Assembly (NCBI GenBank): GCA_001642005.1
Contig: LWCA01000050.1
Coordinates: 2,986-66,985, forward strand
Source of the DNA: Intoshia linei
Taxonomy: Eukaryota > Animalia > Orthonectida
Direction: 5' to 3'
Length of the DNA stretch: 64,000 nt
Under the pieces are notes generated by a model. That model had not been told where the DNA came from and ran no database searches. It saw only the letters and a program-made list of their open reading frames with translations. The number at the start of each line of letters is the position of its first letter. The stretch's first letter is position 1. Made by a program: the position numbers and the translations under genes. This document shows, piece after piece, positions 41,401 through 55,302 of the stretch.

Positions 41401-44400
41401 CTATCAAGAATAGCACTACTGGCGCAATTTATATTTTCCACGACAATCCATTTTCCATAGCGTATAGCATTGATTAATACACTTTCGATCCATTCAAACG
41501 AATTTACACAAGAAACAATGATTGAATTTTTTTTAAATTTTTCGATAGAAATTGTAAAACGTTGAGAATCAACATTATTTTTCTGAAAAAGCTTATCCAA
41601 AATATCCAAATCCGTTTTTACATTAAGATAATTTTGAAAATTTTTTTTATATTCGAAGATAAAACCTTCCAAATCATACAAAAAGTTGACAAATTGCGCA
41701 AAAATATCAAAATTTTGAAAAATTTCATTAAACAATTGACTTTTAATATCATTCAAAAGAAGCAGAAAATTATTTGAAATTTTTTTGAAATTTTTCACTG
41801 AAGTTTGTTCAAAAGAACCCATCAAATCAATAGTATCCATTGAAGGTGACACACCCAAAACTTTGAGATTATTCATTGTAAAATGAGATAAAAATTGGAA
41901 AGCCAAAAGAGGATCTACACCAGATTCAGATTCATAAATCAAAATTGGCATCCATTTCTTTTCCAAGCAAGTTAAAATTTTTTCAAAATTATGCAAAAAT
42001 TGTGGATGAATTTCTTTTTTTAAAAGATGATGTGTTAATTTAGCATCCACGTCAACATTACCATTAACCGGGAATATTGCACTACCCACTTTTAAATAAT
42101 CATTGGATAAATCAATAGAAATGACACTGTCCTTTTCAACTGCAAATACATTTAAATCGGTAAAGTTTTTATAATTAAAACTTTGACCAACTTTAGAAGA
42201 ATACAGCAATTCAATAAAAACTCCTGGATTTAAACTTTTATCATTCACCAAAGTACACCAACGAAACAAATCTCGTAAATTACAATCGATAGTTAAATTA
42301 AATTTTTTTACAATTATTGAAAAATTGAAATTAAACTGAACCATTTTTTTAATCATCTTTTTATCAACATTTCTAAAACTATCAAATAAAATGTACTCGT
42401 AATCATCATTCGTTAAACTCGTCATATAAACAGACATGAAGCGATTTTTAAAAGATTTTGGCAGCCCCTTTCGACCATCTCCACATTTTTGAGGATTTTG
42501 ACATGCAAAAATAAAAGTTTTGGTTCTATCCAATACAAAACTTTTATCAATCTCTGGAATATAAACACAACCTCGATGATCCAAACAAGCATTCAAACTT
42601 TCCAAAACGGCTTGAGAAGCTAAATTCATTTCGTCCAAAATAATCCAATGTCCTTTTCGTAGAGCAGAAATAAATGGACCGTCTTTCCAAATAAATACGT
42701 TTGATTTTTCATCTGCACAATTGGGGACATATGTACCAAATAAATCAGATACATCGGTTTGGTCACTCAAATTTATACGAACAATTTCATTACCAGAGGA
42801 TTGCGCGAGAGCCATAATGGTACTAGTCTTACCTACACCTGGTTCACCTTCCAATAAAAGTGCATTTGTTTCAGAAAAACTCATTGCTCGAATAATTCGA
42901 CCAAGGTTTTCACAAGTGGTAGGTGATTCAAAAACAAAACAATTTTCTTTAATGATAGTTGCATCAATATAAAATGGATCTACTCCAAATTTTCCATCAA
43001 TTTTAACAACATTTTTTTTAAATTTCACAATTTTATCTACTGAAAAATTGTACTTTTTAAATAATTGCTGTAATTTTAAATCTAATGAATTTTGAATTTT
43101 TTTATCGTCAATTTTATCAATCATGGTAGCATGTAAGGAATGGTAAATTGCTGTTTGAATGTTAAATTTATTTTTATTTATAAATTTTGCAATTTTTTTT
43201 AAATCACGGGTAGAAATTTTACATGTATTGAATTGAATTAGCCATATAATAAATTGAGTCAAAATTTTTATAATACAGACGTTTTTGTTTGACAAAATTC
43301 CTTTAAATATTGACTCAATTTCAGTTTCATTCATTTCTGCATAACACCAACATTCCGTGAAACGATTTCTAAGTGCACTCGACAGTTCCTTTTTACCATA
43401 ATCACCGGATGGATTCATAGTAGCAATTAAATTGAATTCTTTATGAGCATTTATTATACAATTTGTTGAAGATTTTTCAGAATTTTCAGGTTTTTCCGGA
43501 ATAGTTAAAATTTTTTCACGTTCAATGACTGAATTTAATCTTTCCAAGACTGAATCATCGGTTAACGAAATTTCATCAATCAAGAAATAATTTCCACTTT
43601 TCATGGCTTTAACTAATGGACCATCCACCCATACAAAAACCTTTTTATCACAATTTTTATTTGGTCTAATTGACCCAATAAAATCACTAGCTTCAGTATT
43701 CATGTGACAATTTACAGTAAACAATTGCTTCTTATAAATTTCGGTAAAAATTTGAACTATTGTTGTTTTTCCACATCCAGTTTCACCCACCAATAAAACT
43801 GGTTCATTGAACTTAATTGCTAGACCCACTAAAATTAACATTCTCGTATATGACTCTGTTGGAACGATGCTTTTATCAGTTTTGAAATAATTTTGAATTT
43901 GTTCAAAAATTGGTTTAACAACCAAAGACGTGTTTTTATTAAATTTAAAAAGTCTATCATTGTCAATTTTTACATTAAAAATTTTTTCAATAATTTTTTT
44001 CACAGCACAAGTCTCCGATAATCTTCTTAATCGACCCGATAACAACAAATATCCATATTCAGCCAACATTAAATCCCAATCATACATAAACTCTTCAGCG
44101 TTATTCCTTGTACAAACAAAACGATTGGACCATCGAAATAAATCACGAAGTGTCATATAACCCTGCTTCCCGACAAAAACATTTGATGATTTACGAATAG
44201 TTTGTAATTCCATCATAACTTTGACCATTTTTTTAGCTTGAGTTTGAGGTACATGACAACTTTGAACCAAAATTTGCGTCAATTCTTTTGAAACAATATC
44301 AAAAAATTGGAGTTCTATAAATCTGTTACGAAACGCACGCGATAATGCCTTTCTTCCACCATACAAACCGCTGGGATTTTGAGTAGCAAATAACATGAAT

Positions 44401-47400
44401 GCTGGGTGAGCTTTAATTGTCGTTTGAGTTTCAGGGATATAAATTTCACGATTATCGTCCAAAACTCGATTTAGCGATTCAAGAATTTCAGTTTGAGCAA
44501 GATTAATTTCATCTAAAATGATCCAATTTCCGTTAATCATTGCATCAACCAGAGGACCGTATTTAAAACTCAATTGTCCATTTTCACCTGAAATGTAGGA
44601 TCCTATCAACATTTGTCTATCAGTATGATCATGTAAATTTATTCTAAAGCATTTTTGACCAACGCACCTGGATAACCATTTAATCATACTAGTTTTACCT
44701 ACAGATGTATCTCCTTCAATTAAAACGGCACTATTTTGCAAAGAAATTATTCTGGCCAATCGTTTTAAATTATACTTTACGGAATCAGTTAAAATGTATA
44801 AAGGATTCGTGTACGGTTCTGCATTACCAATCAACAACCAATATCCATACACCATGTAATATTTTGAACCGGGAGAAGGTATTTTGTAAGAATCAATAAT
44901 TTTTAATTCTTTACCAGTAAAAAGACTCTTTTTGATTAAATCTTCAAGTAAATTCAGAGAATATGAATTTAGTTTAGTTAAAAAGTTTAATTTGAAAGCT
45001 TCGTACAGAGAAACAAGTGAATTTTGACAAGAATTTTTAAGGGCAATTTTTAAAGACCTACACAATGTTCGAAGAGAAAAATGATGAATTTTCCCATAAC
45101 AATCCAAAATTTGACCAGACTGACTCATTTCTAAAAGTTTTTGATACAATTTTACAATTTTATTGATGTGGTCCCTGGAAATTGATTGTAAATTTTTTAA
45201 ATAAAAACTAATCAAAATATCAAGATCGGATGTTGAAATATTTGAAGAAATGTAAAATTCTGTAAATCGTTGTCTAACATTTTCAGGTAAATCCTTCTTA
45301 CCTACATCTGTTGATGGATTCATACAAGCAAATATACGAAAATTTTCATTTCTAGAATAATTATCATTAGGACAATTCAGGATGCTTAAATTATCAGAAT
45401 TTTCCAAAATTTGACATAGACTGTATAACGTTTCAGTGGACGCTAAATTAATTTCGTCCAACAAAACCCATGCACCTTCTTTATACGCTTTTAGAAAAAG
45501 TCCTTCCATAAATTCAAAATACGTCTCAGATTTCCATTTCTCTAAATTTTTTATAGTAAAAATGATTTGAGAATAAAGTGACGTCCAAATTTTTTTTTCA
45601 GAATCACTAGTCTTATTTTTAAACAACTTTGAACTTTGACTCATAGTTTTGAGTAAAGATATCCAATCACGTTTAACCCATAATTTAATTAGATTTTTAA
45701 TAAACTCTTTATTTTTTGAAACCTTACAAGATGAAACAAATGCTTTTTCAAATTTCTCTTTTAAAGGAGATATAAATTTTTTAATATCAATAGGATAATA
45801 ACCACCGAATAAATCTACACTGTCACTTTCTTGGTTCATGTTTATAATGTAAAGCTTTTTGTTGTGCAATTGCGAATAATATTGAACAATAGATGTTTTT
45901 CCTATTCCAGTTTCTCCAACTAAAAGTACATTTTCTCGGTTTTCAATTGATAAGGATAACGACTCTAATAACCGTGAAGCTTGTTGAGTTAGAGCAAAAT
46001 TATCTGTTGGAGTAGAACAATTTGTGTGCACATTATTAGAAATACCAATGGAAAACACTTTTTTCGTCATTTTGAGGACCGGGCGCCGTTTTTCTAGAAT
46101 ATCCATCATTTCTTTTTCACCAATATTTAAATTTGTTGCTAAAAGATCAGCCAATTTTCTGGATAAAGTAGCATCTCTGTAATTGACACAAAAACAATCA
46201 TATGCATTTATGAATAATACTAAATTTGATAATTTTTTTCGGCTAGCAAAATTATTCATTCTATTTACAAATTTGAATATTTTGTTCAAATTTTCAGTCA
46301 AATTCAAAGTTTTAATGAAATTTACATAAATTTCCCATAAAATGAACACAGTGTCAATATCTGGATACGACAAATTTTTATACTTTTTTTTTATTATTTT
46401 ATCAACATTTTCCAAACTCAAGTTTTGAAAATAAAATACATCAAAGTAATTTTTAAGGTATTCAAAATAAAATTTTGCACATTCATCGTTTTTTTTTGTA
46501 TCTGTAGCCACAAATAAAAAATTTGCATGTACTACAAAATTTTCACATTTATTTGATATAAAATCAATAGAATTTGTTCGTAATAGTTGAACCAACATTG
46601 TATAAAATTCATTAGGTGCGTTTGACATGTTTCTAATCAAAATCCATTCTCCTTTTTTCATAGCCTTGACAATAGGCCCATCAGTCCATAAAAATTGTCC
46701 AGGTATAGTGGAACAATAATGAAAACCAAATAAAGACTAAATTATAATCCTTTACTTTAATAAAATTGAATGTCTGTGTGTGTCTGTGTTACCGTACATT
46801 TAAAAAAATTTCTAACATAGTTTTCTGCAGGGGATGTTGATATCGAATTTGAGTCCTTCAAAATCAAACCAAAAATTTAATAAAACATAAATTCTGAGAC
46901 GCGTTTTAAAATCATAAACATTATCGTAAATTTCAGCCTCAAAAACGCACACCTTCATAGTCAAAACTACAAATTACCCTTTGTATAAAAATGAACATAA
47001 TTTAAAATTTTATAAAACATAAATTATTGGATAGTTTTTAAAATCATAACCACTATCATAAATAGCGACATAAAAAAATGCATTTTTGCGATCAAAACCA
47101 CTTTTTTAAAAAATTAATTTAAGATAGTTGTAAATATTAAAAAAAATTACAGTTGATACAGCTACCAATTAAAACACAAAAAATTTCAATCTGACAAAGC
47201 GACACCTAGGGATTGAAACCAAGTTCACTTGTAAAATGTGAGTCGACTTGCATCGATTTTAATTTATTATGAATTTATTTACATTACACGATTTATATAA
47301 TTTATTTACACCACACCATTTATGTAAAATCGCAAGCTCTAAAATACATACTGTAAATATAAGCGAATTTTAGAATAGAAAACATGAAAATACGGGAAAA

Positions 47401-49526
47401 ATCAAAAAAGTAAAATTAATTAATCCTGCATTTCTATTTAATTCAACTGTTAAATCGCAAAGTTAACCTAATTCATGACAGATGGAAATGTGATATCACA
47501 AAATTGAAGGTATCCGACTACAGAAAAAATAGGAAAATAAGAAAAGGTCATTGAATCTTTTGAAATTCAAGATATTTTATGGTATTTAAGATAGCGTAGA
47601 ATATATAAATAAGATGAGGACTGTAGCAAAACATGTAACGTTAATATTATTAGAACAAGGGTATATTTCAATATATTAGATTCGCGAGAACACAGAAAAC
47701 AGAATTCGCGTCTAATTTGAGAAAAATTCAAATAAAGTAAAATAGCTTAAGCATGGTTGTAAGATAGGCTCTTGTAGGATTACTGTTAGTTCGAAGTATT
47801 GTACCAATATTTTTTATTAATACAACTTTACGAATTTAATGAAAAAATCCAAATCTACAACCCTTAAGAGAGAAATGCACTTTATCTAAAAATTTTTTGA
47901 AAATTGAGATTTTAACAAACCATCCGAGAAAGCACTTCTTAATCTAATCCTAAAATAAAAGATTCAATCTTACCAACCCTTAAAGGAAAAATCACAGTTT
48001 TTACAATATTTTTTACTTATCAAAAGCAAGTGCGCTTTAATTTAACAGCAAAATATATTGCTATTAATAGCATAAATTTTATAATTTTTACGATATCACT
48101 CAACTCTTATATTATTTATCAAACCATAAACGATATTTTAATCACTTTTCTTAAAATTGATATACGTCATGTCCAATGTAAAATTTTTTCTACTTTTAAT
48201 TCTAATTTTCATCACCTATGTCTCATCTACATGGTAATAAATGACAATATAATAAAATTTTTCTGTAGAATTTAATTGAATCTTTCATTTTTTAGTCAAA
48301 TGTTATAGACGTTTTCAATCGTTAAGACTGTTTTAATATATTTTATATTATTTTATATAAAAAACTAAAAAACTGAAATTAATATTAATTTTTTGAATTT
48401 TGGAGACTCTTGGTTTTTCATATAATCTATCAAAAAATCACACAAATATTACATTTTTTACAAATAATGATAATAAACAATTTTTATCATATTCCCTCTA
48501 TTATCTAAATTAAATACCTTTACATCCATTTGCGGGTCACAGTATATTGTTACATATTTAATGCTCAAGAGCTTGGAAACTGATATGAGAAATGATAATT
48601 TTCCACAAGATTTTGGTCCAACAATCAAAGTAGATTTTCTATTCTTTTGATTATCCAAAAATCTATCATAAAAACATTTTGTTTCATTTAGCATTACAAA
48701 ATCATCAGAGATTTCGTATTTCTAAACAAACTATTATTTAAAAAAATGAATACAACCTTTTCGCATAGACTTTCAACTAATTCACATTTTAAATGGGATT
48801 TCAAAGTATTGTATCTAATAAGAACTAAAAAAATTAATCAAAATTTTACTTGAATTGATAATTTTGCTCTTTTAAATCATAAATTTTTAAATAAAATTGA
48901 AAATATTTTGGATGCATATTTGTCATGATTTGGTAAACTTTCAGTAATAACCTATTGACCATTAAAAATTCAACCAAGAAAAAAGTTACCATTTTGTGTC
49001 ATTGTGAGATGTTTTGATTGCTTGAAAAAAACAATCAATTTCACACATTATTTCATTTATTTCACATCTATAATGTGAAAATAATGTATAAATAAAAAGT
49101 GCGTTATTTCTGTAAAACGAAGAAACATCAATCTACCAATACAATTATACAATATATTTTCACATTAAATGCATACAATTTTTTGGCGTTTTCGATGTTC
49201 AGAATTTCGCAATTTAGAATATTTGGTCCAAAACGTATTAAATAATTTCTTTACACATTTTATTATGTATCTAAAATCCAATTTTACGTATTTATAATTG
49301 CATTTACCTGTCACAATTTGAATTTTTTAAAGATAGATATGCCAATTTTTTTAAATTTACTACAAAGTCATCTACAGACAATTTTTTTGTAATTGTAAAA
49401 AATATAATGTCAACGTTCCTTATTATGTCGATATTTTCATTCTTTGTTACTAAAAATTAGTTATTTTACACTATTTAGTATATTTGTTAAATTACTCATG
49501 TTATTCGTAAATGTATTTTCGTTCAT
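32428..49526 (-). CDS. MDN1: Midasin (Rea1) AAA ATPase. Several short 5' exons (start approximate), a giant exon 46736-34857, and MIDAS exons to stop at 32428
   Basis: Tandem AAA modules (GPKSCGKL, GETGIGKT, GDTSVGKT, GETGCGKT, GEPGVGKT), long linker, D/E-rich region, YRTGRKLNMKRVIEFIASDFRRDKMWLRR, MIDAS DDSASM, IISDGRG, terminal LQRWFE. Confidence 0.96.
33467..34520 (+). mobile_element. Decayed Tc1-like transposon in a midasin intron
   Basis: NVILIDESKINLF, GKMDALKYINIL, IIFQQE and PDFNPI remnants. Left end cagttgtgtcataaaa. The right end is not resolved. Confidence 0.75.
46749..47250 (+). mobile_element. Helitron-like 5' portion in a midasin intron
   Basis: a|tcctttactttaataaaattgaatgtctgtgtgtgtctgtgttaccg start. 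The body matches 9745 and the reverse of 51125-51735. Confidence 0.7.
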
Positions 49527-51124
49527 TCTGATAAATTTGTCATTATGATATTTTAGAAATTAATTGTTACGAGGTCAAGTTTTACATTGTACAAGTAATT
49601 TTCACATAGAAAATAATTGCAATATAATGACGGTTCATTTTTAAACTTAGTTAATATTTTTAAGTTAGTAATATTTTTGAAAAATTTTTTCAAAAGATAA
49701 TAAAATGTAAGTTTAATATTACATTCGAAATTATTTTCTGGTGTTTTTTCAATAAAAAAATTGTTAATCAGCCACCAATTAAAACTTAAGCCAACCTTGT
49801 TTATTCATAGAATTTATTTTATTATTTTTTTGAAGTGTGTTGAAAAAACTTTAGTGTGCATTTTTCACACGAAAACACACATTTTTCGGAAAAAGTTGAG
49901 CATTAATCAAAAATAACCATTACAAAAAAAATAATTAAATAAATTTTATTATATAAAAATTTGTGGAGATGACCGCCATTTTAAAAATTCCATACAAAAA
50001 TGTTATACGAAAATTAAAACAAAAAATAACCCATACAGTTTATATTTTTATTGTTAATAATTACAAGGAACAGTAATGTGATTGTTGTTGTAGATTTCTA
50101 TCAATTTTTGCTTGATTTAAACAGGTACGATTGTATGAAAGAATTTTGGTTAGCAAAGGTGTTCATAATAGCTTCGTTTGAAAATTGGATCATATCCATT
50201 AATATCAATTGTGTGTATCTTACCATTAAAACATATAGTTGTATTATGAAAAGAATCATTAGTATTACAAATGCACAAATTATTTATACTTCTCTTGAAA
50301 TTTATTCTGCAAATGTAGTCTAAATTTGAACATTGCTTCCTATTACTTTTTTTAATTTTTAATTCGGCATCATCAACTATACAAGGATCTTTCATTTTTT
50401 GGCTTGAATATATGATTAGTTTATTTTCATTATTAATTTCATAATCTGAGGTTGTAATTTTACAACGTTTTGTGTATTTCGCTGAAAATATAAATGTGTA
50501 TAATTTGTATTTGTTGCTATATATTGTAATTCCCCTACCATGTATTGAACGAACCTCTGAATTATATTATAATAGAGCTTTGATAAAGTTTGAATCTCGG
50601 TACACATGAAATGATCTCATTCCATCAAATGATAACCACACAATTGTTTTACTAAATGCACAAAAATTGAGTTATTTGAAAATATATCTATTTTAACAGT
50701 CACTAAGGTATAAGTATTTTTTTCAAATGGTTTTATCCAATGGGTCCCATCATAATTAATGTATAGATATGTATAATCTAAATTGTAGCTGGATAAAGTG
50801 ATTTTGTTGTGAATACGAAATACCACGAGTCCCAATTTTTTAAATTTTGAAAAATTTAAAATACAATTATTGTGTGTAAAGTTAAAATATTCAAAACTAT
50901 CACCATTATTACGTGAGAATTCAACATGGCAATTATCAGAAATTTATATTATTGTATGATATTCAAATACATGATAATATATTTTATATGTTGTTTTGCT
51001 TTTTTTTAAAGTTTTATATTCCACTTTTAAGTAATTTCAGAACAATTTTTTTTTTTAATTGTAGAACCATTAATAATTTAAAATGTTTTGTTTTACACAT
51101 GTTAATAAAATAGTTTTAAAATAA

Positions 51125-51735
51125 AAAAAATAAATATTAAAGTACTTTTATGACCGTGAAGTCGTCACTTATTCAGATTGAAAATTTTTGTGTGTATTAA
51201 CAGGATACAACTATACCATCTGTAATTTTTTTATAAATTCTAAGGTTGTTTTCATTTTAAAAAAAAATGGTAATGTGGGTTTTGATCGTGAAAATTATTT
51301 TTTTCTAGGGTTTCCATTTATGATTATGTGTATGATTTTAAAAAAACTATCCCAGAATTTATGTTTAAGAAAATTTTAGGGCATGTTTCATTTTTAAAAC
51401 AAAGAGTAATTTGGGGGTTTGACCATGAATATAAGCGTTTCTGAGGCTGAAATTAACAAAAATGTTATTGATTTTAAAACGCGTTCCAGATTGTATGTTT
51501 TATTAAAATTTTGGGTTGATTTTGGGGTAATTTTTTTTAAACAAAAGGGAAAATGGGTTTATGACCCTGAAGGACTCAAATTCTGAAACTGAAAAATTGA
51601 TAAAAACACCTCCTAGGAAAAACTGTATTAGAAATTGGGGTTTTTTAAACCCTGCGACTGTCAATTTTTTCAATAAATATTTACACACACAAACATACAC
51701 AGACATTCATTTTTATATACATTGTAAGTAAAGGA
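51125..51735 (-). mobile_element. Helitron-like 5' half, reverse orientation
   Basis: Reverse complement begins tcctttacttac...aaaaatgaatgtctgtgtatgtttgtgtgtg and matches 46749 onward. Confidence 0.7.
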
Positions 51736-51740
51736 CAATG

Positions 51741-52224
51741 CATTGTAATATTGGTAAAATTCATCAGAAATATGTTTTTAAACTGCTGCTTCCGTTAATT
51801 ATTGATACAAAATTAATATTTTTTAATCATCGAAAGAAGATACTGAATATATAGGTTTTTTTAAAATTTTATTTTTTATGGAATTTAAGCTATTTTGACA
51901 ATTTTTAGGATATACTATTTTGGCTTTATTTTTAAAAATTATACACTTATTATCTCTAATAAATTGAATAAATGGGATCACAAAATTGTTTTTAAAATTC
52001 TATACAAAAATGCTAACCAAATAAAATTAAGTGGGAATTATTCATTTTTAATTAAAAGGTAATGTGAAATTTAAGTTTAGGAATGACTTCTTTAAATGAT
52101 TGTTAATAATGAGTAGCATTTTTAACTTAGATTTTATTATTGAATTTTTTTAGAAAAAATAGATAAGTCCGCTCTCTGCAAAGCTAGGTGCTGTTTGTAT
52201 GTAGTACATAACCGTCAACCTAGT
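51741..52224 (+). mobile_element. Helitron-like 3' half, forward orientation, ending CTAG
   Basis: Aligns with 10553-11132 and ends cataaccgtcaacctag|t. Confidence 0.75.
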
Positions 52225-52306
52225 ATTTTCTATATAATAATAAAAATTAAATCATAATAAATGACGTGGTGAATATCTGATTTAATTTTGAAAGTATAAA
52301 GAAATA

Positions 52307-52445
52307 CAGTACTCTCTATAACTCGCCATTATTCGGATTTGGAAAAAGTTGGTGAGATAGGGAATATGACGAGAAATAGAATTTAAAACTATAAAACATA
52401 TATATATAAGAAACAGCAGATAAAACCTTTACATTAAAGGTCAAA
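52307..52445 (+). mobile_element. Truncated pogo-like MITE
   Basis: ta|cagtactctctataactcgcca. Same family as 6337 and 29190. Confidence 0.7.
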
Positions 52446-54389
52446 AATTAAATAAAATCTGATTTTATTTTTTAAAATATTTCTTAAATAATATATTACA
52501 CTAATATATATTAAAATGCGATTTTTAAGGTGAAATATATTTTCGATACGTACGTCTTTTGTATGGAAATTTTGAATTTGTTTTGGCTTTACAATATGAA
52601 ATAACTTTATTTGATTTGATATTTTTTTGGTATAGTCTTTGAGAGTGATTACAAAAAAAAATTTGTCATTTTGGGAGTATACATTAGAACTAATATCTAT
52701 AATAAAAATATTTAACACATCCAACTTTGCATCATACATATATAAATGATTTAGTGATTCAATGAAAATTTTGTCCGTGTCATCAATTTGTAATATAAAG
52801 TGTATAGTGAATTGAAACTTTCGTACAACTCTTTTAATTTTTATTCAAAAAATTGTATCATTACTACAGACTGTATTGCCATAAAATCTCAAACGAGTAT
52901 TATATGGGAGTGGTTTCAAATTAACAACAGAAATTTCATTTGTTTCTGAATCTTCATGTTTAGATAATATAAAAATTAACCTACCATTATATTTCTTATT
53001 AATAATTGCAATATAAAAATTGTTGGTCTGAGAATATTTGAGTATACTTTGATGATGATATGACCCAAAATGCTCCAATGTGTTATGTACGTATTTCAAA
53101 ATTGTTGTGGTATTCATAAACTCCAAAACAAATACATTTTTACATTTTAAAATTTCAACGATTTGATCGATACTATCAAACTTAACTTCTACCAAAGGAA
53201 TTTTCATTGTATTAATAAGAAAATATTTAAAATAATAACCAAATTGATATTTCATTTTTATGAATAACCATTTGATGCAAGAATCGGTGATGTTTTTATT
53301 AAAATCATATTTTTCATCATCATTCACAATATATGTTACAGGCAATGTGAAAATTATATTTGTGAAGATTAATTGTCTATAGAGCCACTTTGGTAACTAA
53401 AGCTTAGTTTAATAAAATCGGTTAAACGCATTCATTATTTTCTTAATTTAAGATTTGGAGAGTGAGATTTAGAGTCAGCTTTAGTAACTAAAGCTTAGTT
53501 TAACTTAGTTATTTAGACTACAGACCCCAGTTAAAACTGAAATATTAAAATTAATTTTTTACGTAGATTTGCCTGGATTTCCAAACTGCCTGTAACATAT
53601 ACACTGCACTCTACTTTATATTTAGTACATTTATGTATTTAAACATTATAATTTAGTAACTTGACTAATACAGAGTGTTCATTTTATGACTATACTTTTG
53701 ATAAAATTAATAAACTTACCAATAAATACTTAATAATTTTTGAAATAAAAATGTGAACATTAAATAATTATAGCGACTATTACACCAAGAATCATAATAT
53801 CGAAGATTTTATAAAATCTTATAAAATGATTTTTTTGTACCAAAATACAATGAAGGTTTTATTTTTTGATTCGATTATTACATGATATGAACACAAAATA
53901 AAGTACAATTAAGAGGTTTTATTAAAAATTATATTTAAAACACTAAACAGGATTAGTTCTATTTGTATAAAATACTAACAGGGATCACTAGGTTTTGTGA
54001 TCATTATTTTGTATGGGAAATATTTATGTTGTTTTAGACATTTGTGTATTGATCCGATAGATAAATTAAAAACTTGAGAAATACTACGTATAGATGTGGA
54101 AGGGTCATTGTCTACAAATGATGTTATTTATAGTTTCTTTTCATCAGTTAATTTGTAATATTTTTTGATTTAGGTAAGTGGTTCAGTGAGACTGTTTTAT
54201 TCAATTTAAGGACTAAATTAAGCCCTAAATTGTGATGGAAGCCTATCAATTCCAAATTTATTTATAAAACTTTCTCGTACAATTATATCAAATTTCCGAT
54301 ATTTAATCATCTCATGAACTAGGAATAATCTGTCATCCATTAAAATCATAATATCGATCAAATTTAGTTTCAAAAAGTTTACATACAGA

Positions 54390-54838
54390 TGGTTTTGAAG
54401 TTAGAATATATTTCATTTTTACAACAAAAGGTAATTTGTGGTTTTGATCATGAAAGTGTGCGTTCCAGAGTATATGTTTTATTAGATTTATTCAATTTTT
54501 GGGCTTATTTTTTTAAACAAAAGGGTAAATTGGGTTTTCTACTATGAAGGACTCAAAAAAATACGAAAAAATCAATTATATATATTTCCACCCATATTTT
54601 TCTATTGGAAATGTGTAGACGTTTAATACATTTTTTTTAATTGTAGGATGAATATTCACTTTTTTGAAATAAAAAAAATGAATACTTAAGTGCTTTTTTG
54701 ATTGTGAAGACGTCACTTTGTCAGATTGAATTTTTTTGTTTTTTAACTGGATATAACTATCATCCATAATTTTTATTAAAATTCTAGGGCTGTTTTTATT
54801 TTTTCTAAAAAAGTACACGACATAACAGTCAAGCTATT
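54390..54838 (-). repeat. Helitron-like internal segments (reverse) joined to a short forward 3' tail
   Basis: Reverse matches to 10075-10380 and 46850-46990. cataacagtcaagcta sits at about 54821-54836 in forward orientation. Confidence 0.6.
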
Positions 54839-55302
54839 ATTATTTATATATTTCAGTCCTCAAAATCACATTGTGACTGAAAATTAAATTCAAGAGGTGT
54901 AAATGATCAAAGTTAATAGTATACATTTAATCATAAATATGATTATATATTACATGTTAATTAATACATCTTTGATAATTTAAATTGTTTCTGGTTTTAA
55001 CTTTAATTTTTGTTTAACATAGTACGTCCTGATATCTTCACCCTAAAAATATTTTTATAGGACATCCAAATCAATGTTATCAAGTGTCACAATCAAATTT
55101 TATAAGTTTAACAATAACAATAGATAATAAAGATAAAGATAACAATAAAATCGAAAAAATCAAACCATTAATAAATTTCTTTCAATTTCTCTTATTAATC
55201 TCAATTTCGGGTTTTCACAACAGATTTCTGCATAGATGAACAAATGATACCGTATAGTGGATTTCGTATATTCTAATAAGTTTGTACTGGTACCCCCTAG
55301 GG

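Larger units (their letters stand above)
50150..54340 (-). pseudogene. Fragmented, repeat-interrupted coding remnant, possibly a membrane-anchored extracellular protein with a Cys-rich end
   Basis: Consecutive same-strand ORF pieces (53345-52845, 52739-52434, 50835-50617, 50607-50416, 50395-50150) are separated by stops or frameshifts rather than clear introns. A hydrophobic MILGVIVAIIYLMFTFLF lies near 53795-53745. Confidence 0.4.

Noticed and set aside
35279-44899. Numerous short plus-strand ORFs
   Set aside because: Antisense shadows of the midasin exon with no independent coding signal.
47198-47256. tRNA-like T-loop (ggtttcaatccc on the minus strand)
   Set aside because: No complete cloverleaf or A box. 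At best a degraded tRNA/SINE fragment inside a repeat.
53385-53530. Twice-repeated gtaactaaagcttagttt, considered as a CRISPR-like array
   Set aside because: Only two units in a eukaryotic context. More likely subterminal repeats of a small MITE.
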